A stretch of 64,000 nucleotides of DNA, taken from assembly GCA_030295235.1 (NCBI GenBank), contig AP026152.1, forward strand, positions 124,001 through 188,000, read 5' to 3'. This document shows positions 23,976 through 32,389 of the stretch, one piece after another (the first letter of the stretch is position 1; each line of letters begins with the position of its first letter). A model generated the notes under the pieces. It did not search any database. It was not told the DNA's origin and was given only the letters and a program-made list of their open reading frames with translations. Both the position numbers and the translations under genes were made by a program. The DNA is from Fistulifera solaris. Its lineage: Eukaryota.

Positions 23976-24701
23976 ATGTCAAGTTTTCAAGACGAAACCT
24001 CTCCGATGAAACGCCACAAAACCGCGAAAAGCGATGCGGGAGGTACGAAGACAAGCAATGCTTCTCCTCGGTCGTACATCGCCAATGCCACTTCACCAGA
24101 CAGCAAATTGGCTCCAATCGTTCAGCTGAATGTAGGAGGCACACTTTACAAAGTATCCCGCGACACGCTGATGCGCTATGAGGACTCGATGCTAGCAAAT
24201 CTCGTTTCGGGCAAGTGGAAAGAAGGTGAAGGCGACGACGAAATCTTTATAGATCGCAACGGACGACGTTTCGAATGGGTAGTTGACTACTTGCGCTCGG
24301 ATCGTGTGTATGTACCATCTTTATCGGATCAATCGGCACTAAAAGATGAATTTGACTTTTTTTGTATTGATGCCGAGATGAGCAAAGTATCGGTCGTGGA
24401 CGACTTTATGTCAATTGAACAACTTACGAAAGAGATCAAGGCGCACAAAGGGATCATTGAGCATAAAAAGAAGAAGATAGCTGCCATGAAAGAGTCGTAT
24501 AAGCTGGCGGGAAGATTTGCGAATGCTGTCGATCGTCATGGGACGTTTATGGAGATGACAATCGAAAAGGACGTCGATCAAGATCTGCTCAGCAAATGCT
24601 TGCTATCGCGCGGACTGCACCTTGTTTCCTACGCCAGCAACGAGACGGGTGCACCTGTGGTAAACGTCTGCCCTATCGGAGAGAAACATCATTTTCTTTA
24701 G
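23976..24701 (+). CDS. KCTD/T1-type BTB protein (intact)
   Basis: MSSFQDETSPMKRHK...VQLNVGGTLYKVSRDTL...IFIDRNGRRFEWVVDYLR...coiled coil...LLSKCLLSRGLHLV. Confidence 0.92.
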   Translation: MSSFQDETSPMKRHKTAKSDAGGTKTSNASPRSYIANATSPDSKLAPIVQLNVGGTLYKVSRDTLMRYEDSMLANLVSGKWKEGEGDDEIFIDRNGRRFEWVVDYLRSDRVYVPSLSDQSALKDEFDFFCIDAEMSKVSVVDDFMSIEQLTKEIKAHKGIIEHKKKKIAAMKESYKLAGRFANAVDRHGTFMEMTIEKDVDQDLLSKCLLSRGLHLVSYASNETGAPVVNVCPIGEKHHFL

Positions 24702-24859
24702 ATTTTCCCAGAGCGTCGGATGGCTGAGACGATCTCTGTGTTCGAATTGACCCCAAATGACAATGCGATTCGTTGGTGTGATTGCTTGTCGGGTTGATCA
24801 TTTTTCATAACAGCGAAATAGAAAACCATAATTGATGTACGCGTTCGAGGTGCCAGCTA

Positions 24860-25130
24860 GTCGTTTAGCTTTGAAGTAGGCTTTCACCACGAGGTCGAGC
24901 AGTATGCGACCAAGACTTCATTCAATTAGGAAAAGAATTGGAAATGATAATTGACAGCGCGCCGCAATGAATGCGGCGAAGAATAGTGCCCAGGCAGAGC
25001 CGCAATCGAGTATTACATGGTCAACCCCGCACCTGGGCTTGGCGTAGATTTCCGGAAAAGTATTGCAGACACACCTTTGGGTGAAAAATGATTAAAGAAC
25101 TAGCTGCGTCATTGTTCCTCTTCGCTATGA
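24860..25130 (+). pseudogene. Decayed C-terminal remnant, IEYY subfamily
   Basis: About 25005-25070 reads IEYYMVNPAPGLGV-(fs)-PEKYC, similar to IEYYKINPSPG...IPLKY (16468 onward) and IEYYKVIPSLG...IPEKYC (26108 onward). Flanking similarity is weak. Confidence 0.5.
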
Positions 25131-25576
25131 CCGTATCACTTCCATCGTCCGAAGAGCAGCAAGAAGAAGATAGGTGTATGAAATCTTAACACCATGGTGG
25201 GTTGAATTCTCTGTTCATCTGCATACTAACCGTACTAATGTGGCATGTGGCATGCAGATCTCTCAGAAGCCGCACCACACAGTTGACCTTACTCAGGAAT
25301 TTGTATTTCATTGTGATATGCCACGAGCGCCATAGTTCTCAGAGCTTGCGTATCCGTCGGTAGTTAAAACTGAAAAAATTCGATTGCGATCTTGTTCGGT
25401 GGTCACATATCTTCGCGACAAAGATATTGATGCATCGTTTTACGTTCTCCGCCGATCGATGATCATCGTCAAAGGAGCTCATCATCGTTACCAGGTAATC
25501 CATCGCTCATCGTTCAATAAATCATTGTCACCGCGTTCATCGTTCGCATTCATTCATCGTCACGATCTCGGAAAAT

Positions 25577-25862
25577 TGCGTGCGTTTTTTTTTTTGCGCG
25601 AAGCTTCAAACGTCACAAAAAAAGTCACAAAAAAGAAGCGGTACTCATACGGTACTAGTTCGCTAAGAACACAACGCCTCCGCACTATGTATCGTATAGA
25701 GAGTAGCCTGGTGAGGAAAGCCTGCGTATTTTGACGTCACGCTGCACGAGGTTTTCTCGTTTTCACGGAAATGCCACGTCCCGTTCAAGAAAGGGTCTCC
25801 CCCTGACGTGACGGATAGCAAATTTCGGACACGTTTGACAAACGCCACGTGCGCCTGTCCGT
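25577..25862 (+). promoter_or_regulatory. Conserved non-coding module, copy D
   Basis: See copy C. Same block order and orientation, with no transposon at its 5' edge. Confidence 0.65.
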
Positions 25863-26057
25863 TAATTGCAATGAAAGACAAAGGTGCCGCAATCGCAATT
25901 TCTATTTAATAGAATCTGATTCTTCGAGACGACCTAATCTGACACCTCTGGTCGATTGTCGTCGGGGGGAAGCGTGAAACGTCGTGATCATTCTTTCGTA
26001 GCCGTGGAGAGTGTTTTGACACCGAAAATGAATCCTTTGCTTCAAGCATACCTCTTG

Positions 26058-26281
26058 CTCGAACGGTAAAATCTTAAAAAAAAAACAAAATGGTCTTTTT
26101 CTCAATGATCGAGTATTACAAGGTCATTCCCTCCCTTGGAACTCCCATGTCAATTATTATTCCGGAAAAGTACTGCGGAAGAAATGTTCAATGGTTTTTC
26201 GCGAATAATCAAGGAAGAGTTTGGGAAAACGAGGACTTGAAAGTCGACAATAGGCGTTACGAAAACACCAATATCATATAA
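26058..26281 (+). pseudogene. C-terminal remnant, IEYY subfamily
   Basis: VFFSMIEYYKVIPSLGTPMSIIIPEKYC aligns with VFFVMIEYYKINPSPGAELLLKIPLKYR (16454 onward). The BTB core is absent. Confidence 0.65.
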
Positions 26282-26590
26282 AGAGCAATCCTTTCCCGCT
26301 GGTGATAAGTCACCCTTTGATATCGAGCGTGGCTTTATTTTGCGAAGATTCAAAGCATGTGTGTGTTAAGCAGGGTATTTCTTCTGAATTCACTATGTTT
26401 CAATATCAAGGGACGGTCAACTATGTGTAAAACACGGACACGACGACGTATACATTCAGCGAGGGATGAATATTCGCCGACCCTGTTCAAAACGGATCCA
26501 ACTTTCATGCAACACATTGATAGAAAGCATTGCCTCCCTTCACAATTTTGAGCCTTACGAAGGAGGGATTGATAAACCAAACGTTCCGAC

Positions 26591-27199
26591 ATGACGACGA
26601 AAGACACGAAAACGAACCGACAAAAGGTTCGTTTCAACGTCGGTGGTACGCATTACGACGTATCTCGCGATACGGTCGAGCGTTGCGAAGGCTCCATGCG
26701 GGCGAGTCTAATATCGGATCGTTGGAAGGAAGGGAGCACAAAGAGTGACGATCCCATCTTCATTGACCGCAATGGGTTGCTGTTTCAGTATGTCCTGGAT
26801 TACTTGCGCAACGACAAGCTGCTGCTCCCTAGCTCAGTGAGCCGAGCTGCCGTCGCACAAGAGTTCGAGTACTACGGAATCGACGCGGATGTCGCGAAAG
26901 TGAGTGAGAAATACGGACCTATGTATCTTAGAGAGCTCAAAGAAAGGATTTGCGAGCAGAAAATTTACTTGGAATTGCTGGAAAATGAAGCTCGTGCAAT
27001 TCAGGCGTCCACATTCGTTGAAAACGAGTCGTTTAAGCATCAATTACCAGTCGATATTCGCATACCGACTGAATTTGTGCCTTTTGATGCGGAAACGCTT
27101 CGTGAATGCTCGGATCTCAAGGGGCTGATTGTGACCCTTGTACAATCCTCTGGTTCATCTAGCAGTACATCTGTTACTGTCAAAGAGAAGTCCCGCTAG
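26591..27199 (+). CDS. KCTD/T1-type BTB protein (intact)
   Basis: 202-aa ORF: VRFNVGGTHYDVSRDTV...IFIDRNGLLFQYVLDYLR...EFEYYGI, YLRELKERI coiled coil, TLRECSDLKGLIVT. Confidence 0.92.
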   Translation: MTTKDTKTNRQKVRFNVGGTHYDVSRDTVERCEGSMRASLISDRWKEGSTKSDDPIFIDRNGLLFQYVLDYLRNDKLLLPSSVSRAAVAQEFEYYGIDADVAKVSEKYGPMYLRELKERICEQKIYLELLENEARAIQASTFVENESFKHQLPVDIRIPTEFVPFDAETLRECSDLKGLIVTLVQSSGSSSSTSVTVKEKSR

Positions 27200-27879
27200 T
27201 GGTGTCCTACTCAATCGATCAGGCGTAAAAGTTGATGGTGTGTCTTTTATCCTTTACCGTTCTCGATTGCCGGTGCTTTAGTCTTCATGAATTGTAGTTG
27301 GATTGCAATAACTGTAGTATAATGTAATCGATGACTATGACAAATTTGTAACAGACTTAAGCATCCCTTCGCACCTCATCACTGAACGCGAGGGTCCTGC
27401 AAGGCCTTGCAGCAAAGGTGCTCGATGTGAGGTACTGTCGTTAATGTTGATCGGTGAGTCGCCCTAGGTGTTAGAATTAATTATCTCTCTTAATATTATG
27501 GTTTTGTTCGCCGTCGTTCGTACCGACTGAGCAGACTAAGGGATCGGTGACTCGCTTCTTGAGGAGTCCTTTTTAGTTTTCTGTCAACAACTTTTTCAAA
27601 GCCGGAACCCTATTGAAAGGGGGGTTCCTGGTAAAAATAAGCGACAAAATAATAAAATACACGATGGTCTTTTGGACAAAGAGTTTCATTGAACCAATAC
27701 AGTGACAAAATTGTTTCCAATACTGTAATTAGGCTGTTAAGATGATGATCGGAAACAGCATTAGTTTACCCTCTCGATTCTGTATTGACTTACGACGGTT
27801 TCTTCTGTCCGTTTCTTTCTCAATCATCGTCGAAAACAATCATCAACGAAGAAACATCGTTTCAAGAAAACCTTCGGCT

Positions 27880-28316
27880 CCGTGGAAGAAACGAAATTTG
27901 TATTGATCGCAATGGACGACGTTTCGAGTGGATCTTGGACTATCTTCGCTCGGATCGAGTCTACTTGCCTGACCTCTCGTGTCAAGCAGCTCCGAAGGAT
28001 GGATTTGACTATTTCAACAGACGACTTCGTTGCCATTGATGAACTCGCCGAGGATCAAAGTGCATGAAGCGATCATTGATCGAAAAAGAAGAAAATAGCC
28101 GCCATCAAGAAATCGCATCGCGTGGCGTCCGAGTTCTCGAATGTTGTTGAAAAGTACGGGCTGTATTTGCAATTTTACAAGATCGGTGAAGATATCGACC
28201 AGGAGGTGCTCCGGAGCTGCTTTCTGGCTTGGGGACTGCACGTTCTTTGTGACGGCAGCAAACAGGGTAGTGGTATTACTGTCAATATATGTCTCCCTTC
28301 AAGGAAAGACGAATAG
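27880..28316 (+). pseudogene. 5'-truncated BTB pseudogene (7083/23976 subfamily)
   Basis: EICIDRNGRRFEWILDYLRSDRVYLPDLS...FDYF, an internal deletion and frameshifts, then DIDQEVLRSCFLAWGLHVL. The NVGG start is missing. Confidence 0.8.
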
Positions 28317-28375
28317 TACGCTGGTGGCATATTATTCTCATTAGACCCATAACAGCTTTCCATGAACTCGGTTTT

Positions 28376-29809
28376 TCATTTACTGTTGCCCCGAACCCCA
28401 TAGGGCTCCTGTATTAACTGATAACCTTTTTGCCAAACGCGGTACAATACCCGTAGAAATGATCTTCGTCAAACGATCCTGATCCTCTCCCACTTCGTCC
28501 CCACGACTCTTCCATCAAACTCCGTTCTCGAAACCACGCGCGATGAAATTGACGACACAGGCGATTTTCGAGGGCATCCGCGGCGTGCCGCATACACAAC
28601 CACGGTTTCTGACATACCGTATAATGAACCAACGTGACACTGGAAATATCCCGTGCTCGACAATCTTCACAATCATCGGTTCCCGTATAACATGCACCGT
28701 GCGGCTGGTCGTTCACAATCCCATCATTCCGTGATGGCGATCCCATGTTGTTGAAGGTACACCAATTCAACGCAATCGACTGTTCTGGATGCAGGATGTG
28801 ATAATAGTACGGCATGATCCCCTGAAAGGTTTGACCGCCCCAGAATTTGCCCGTTTGTCCGCCCCAACCTCCGTGGTCTCGGAAATCGCCTTCCTTGACG
28901 ATTTGAACAAATTCATCGTACACCGCTCGGTTCGGTCTCAAAATAACGAATCCTCCTTGAAAGGGTTTAATCTTTCGTGATGGTGGGACCATGGCATAAT
29001 CCATTGTATGCATGACTTGTAGATTGCCGCTTTTCAAAAGCTTTCGTGTTTGATCTTCCTCCTGTTCGTCGTGAACCATGAACATGTGCTTTAGTTGTTC
29101 CGTGGAGAACGTCGCGTCCGTTCTCTGTAACAAAATATCAAACAGTGGATCCAGCGGTTGCAGCAGCAAAGTATCCAAATCGAGCAATACCACAATGTCA
29201 TGTTGTGTCAATGTATACGCTTCCAATTTCAACAATTCCTTTTCCCCACAACACCCATTTTTTCTGAATGTGCGTTCGCAGAAATTCTCCCTGAATATCT
29301 TCGACCGCGACCAAGACGTTTCGTTCCAGCAATTCATATCCCAACGGTTGCAAGGTTTGCGCACAGGCGTGGGCAGCGGGATGATACAAGGCGTACATTT
29401 GATATCTCGAAAGAGAATGTCGCTGAATGGAATGTTGCAAGACGGCGGCGCCTTCGGCAATCGGAAAGGGTTCTTCGTCGCGCATCGGTGTCCCACAACC
29501 GGTAATGGTGACAACGTAGGCAACCGTAATGGTGTTTTGTGATGACATTTGGGTTGTATTCGTTGTCATGATGGGGAAGTTCCGTGAGGATGCTGATTGG
29601 TGATTAGTTGATAATGAAGACGATGTGTTGTGATGATTCGACGAAACGGAATGCCACGTTTGTGTGTAGAAGAACACGAAGAGAGTAAGAACCGACACTA
29701 AAAAAACGACTTTCGGTGAACGCGATGCCGGTCGTTTCCGTTTCGAAGGCATTGCTGTGACGAGTGCGTTAAAATCATCCTCGCGCGTCGGTCGCACTCG
29801 TTGTTGCAT
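28376..29809 (-). CDS. Glycosyltransferase family 8 (glycogenin-like fold) type II membrane protein; homopolymer frameshifts near 29260 and 28428
   Basis: N-terminal TM VVFLVSVLTLFVFFY, AYVVTITGC, GCCGEKELLKLEAY, DxD motif VLLDLD, GGFVILRP, QG, VHYTVCQKPW. Restoring one A gives GKKGYQ..., matching the paralogue's GKEGYV. Confidence 0.85.
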
Positions 29810-30832
29810 CTTTTGCACGTTCTACTGCAAGCCGATGCGTCACACTTTTCAAAGCAGATGCACCGGAAAATGAAGAAGCCGATCAAATAAAAGGCATTGC
29901 GCGATGTTGAATGAATAAGAATGACGACAACACATACAACTTCGCGTCATTGTCATTCTTATCAGTGCCTCTTCCGTCGATAATCTTCTATACAACCTAA
30001 ATGTACCGGGACGACAGGTTTTCAGTCATGAATAGTCAACCTTGAGGTCCAGCTTGATGTTGTCGCAAGGTCATCCATGCCCCGGAACCAAAATACGGTT
30101 CATTTCAATCCCCCCTTTTGGATTGAATGTTCTGGACCATTTCGTGCAAGGCACCTATGGCGAAAGTTCCTATCAAATCGTGCCTGTTAGTTTTTACTAT
30201 CCTTCAAAGTGTCGGCGACATTTTGTCGTGACTGGTTCTTCAAAAGCGAGTCACGCGGTCGTCTATTCTTCGGCACATTGGCTTCTGCAAGCAACTGAAT
30301 TTCCAAATCTTATACTGCATGCATTTTTACCATGAACCCCTTGTTTTAAAATCTGCCCAAGAGGAAATTGGTCTGCCCTTCTTAACCGACTATAGCCCCA
30401 GAGACTTATCACTCTTTGCCCCAGAGTGCTGTCCGTTTTTGGTCACGACTGCAGTTCAGTCATGAGTCAATATAGTTCAATTATTTGCGTTTGCAGCGTT
30501 CACGTAATGCTTCTTGCAACAGTCAAAATTTAATGGGTATTTTACTTTGTGTGTAAATAGAGTTGCTATGAGTATGAATCTCTTTGTCAGACGATCATCT
30601 ATTTTAAAGATTGAAGCAACCATTATTTATTTCATCGGATTTTGTTGGCAAAATCTTGTACCGGTAGGAGTGGAAGTGAAAAACTATAGCTCGCAGTCAT
30701 TGCTACGCGACGCGGTCACAAAATTTCGCATTCCGATGAAAACAAAAACGAACATCAAACTTGTCGGCCAAAATATTTGATGTAATACAGTCCATTGTAT
30801 CCGTAGCAACACAAACAGCACACACAACTAAA

Positions 30833-32164
30833 ATGGTACACGTCCGCTCCACTCAACAACGGAGACGACAAGCCGCATCAAAAGGAATCGTCTTAATGGG
30901 TGTGTGCGTCGTCACCGTTCTCGTCTTTTCCTTTGTGACTATTACGCTTTTGAATATTTTGCATTTTTATCACTTTGTGACCTTTGATAATGATTCCATA
31001 CTCGAGACTTCTTCGAATGGATTACGGAACAAGCCACGACCGTCTTTCAACGGCAACACAGTATTACGCGTTCCACCGAGAACGAATGTGACCATCGCGT
31101 ATGCCGTCACCGTCACGGGCTGTGGGAAAGATCCATTAATTGAAGGAGCAGCGGTTTTGCAACATTCGATAAAGACCCGAGCCAGTCGTCGTTATGGTGC
31201 TCATTTTGTCGTCTTTTATCCACCGGAAGCGGCAACGTGTGCCGAACCGTTGCAAGCGCTCGGTTTCGAATTGATGCCCCGACACGTGTTTGTGAATGTC
31301 TCGGACATTGAGGGTGATTTCTTGCGGACACAAATTATCAGTAATGGGTGTTGTGGGGAAAAGGAATTGTTGAAATTGGAAGCCTATACGTTGGTGCAAT
31401 ATCCGATCGTCGTGCATTTGGATTTGGATGTATTGATCTTGCAATCGATGGATGCGTTGTTTGATGCCATGTTGTTGCAACAACCGATACCCTCTACCAT
31501 TTTGCAACAACCATCCCAGTCCATACCCAACTTGGTGAATGCTTTCTTTACGTACGATTACAATATGGTGCAACCACATGTACAATACAAACCGGTGCAA
31601 GGAGGATTTCTGGTATTGCGTCCGAGTTTACAAGTCTATCAAGAATACAAAGACATTGTTTTGAAGGGAGACTTTCGACAAAACAAAGGATGGGGTGGAT
31701 TGGTCGGTCCGTTTTACGGGAGTATGACGTTTCAAGGCATTGTTCCGTATTATTACAATGTCTTGAAAGAGGGCAAGCAATCCGTCGAATTGAACCGTTG
31801 CATTTACAATCAAATGGCCGACAATCCACGCACGGGTAAAACGGTCAATGATCAAGTCAGTGGGAAGTGTCGGACGAATACCGAAGTGTGTGAAGATTGT
31901 CGGGAACGGTCGATCCAGGATATTGTTACGACGCATTATACGTTGTGTCAAAAACCGTGGTGGTGTGTCCCCCATAACGCCAACAATTTGCAACATCGTT
32001 TGTGTCGTCAATTGACGCACGTGTGGTATCAAGTACGGAGTGAATTGGAACAATCGTGGGGACGGCCCGGACAAGGTCCGGGAACGTATGATGTGGAACA
32101 ATTTTATGGCTTTTGTACCAAACCAGGGAAAGAAGGATATGTTCCCATGGTGCTGCCAGAATGA
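30833..32164 (+). CDS. Glycosyltransferase family 8 type II membrane protein (intact paralogue)
   Basis: TM IVLMGVCVVTVLVFSFVTITLL, AYAVTVTGC, NGCCGEKELLKLEAY, HLDLD, QGGFLVLRP, THYTLCQKPW. Confidence 0.88.
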   Translation: MVHVRSTQQRRRQAASKGIVLMGVCVVTVLVFSFVTITLLNILHFYHFVTFDNDSILETSSNGLRNKPRPSFNGNTVLRVPPRTNVTIAYAVTVTGCGKDPLIEGAAVLQHSIKTRASRRYGAHFVVFYPPEAATCAEPLQALGFELMPRHVFVNVSDIEGDFLRTQIISNGCCGEKELLKLEAYTLVQYPIVVHLDLDVLILQSMDALFDAMLLQQPIPSTILQQPSQSIPNLVNAFFTYDYNMVQPHVQYKPVQGGFLVLRPSLQVYQEYKDIVLKGDFRQNKGWGGLVGPFYGSMTFQGIVPYYYNVLKEGKQSVELNRCIYNQMADNPRTGKTVNDQVSGKCRTNTEVCEDCRERSIQDIVTTHYTLCQKPWWCVPHNANNLQHRLCRQLTHVWYQVRSELEQSWGRPGQGPGTYDVEQFYGFCTKPGKEGYVPMVLPE

Positions 32165-32389
32165 GAACAAAACAACGACTAGCTACCAAAACATACTCAT
32201 AAGCTTATTTGTTATCGTGTAGTTAGTTAGAGTGGGAGAGAAAATACTGCAGGATCGTCTATGGTTCACGTATTCATCTCTTGTGTCTTTTTTACTAAAA
32301 AGGAATGAGTGTGGTCGTTCCTCCTATGATGTGTTTGTCGTTTCCACGAATGGAGCATGCGTGATGGTGAAAGAAAAAGAGCGCGACGT

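Noticed and set aside
6350..25862. Repeated module as a CRISPR array or LTR pair
   Set aside because: Copies are kilobases apart and diverged, with no repeat-spacer periodicity, cas genes, TG...CA ends or gag/pol sequence between them.
2995..27199. BTB genes as voltage-gated potassium channel subunits
   Set aside because: Only the T1/BTB domain is present. There are no S1-S6 helices and no TxGYG pore motif.
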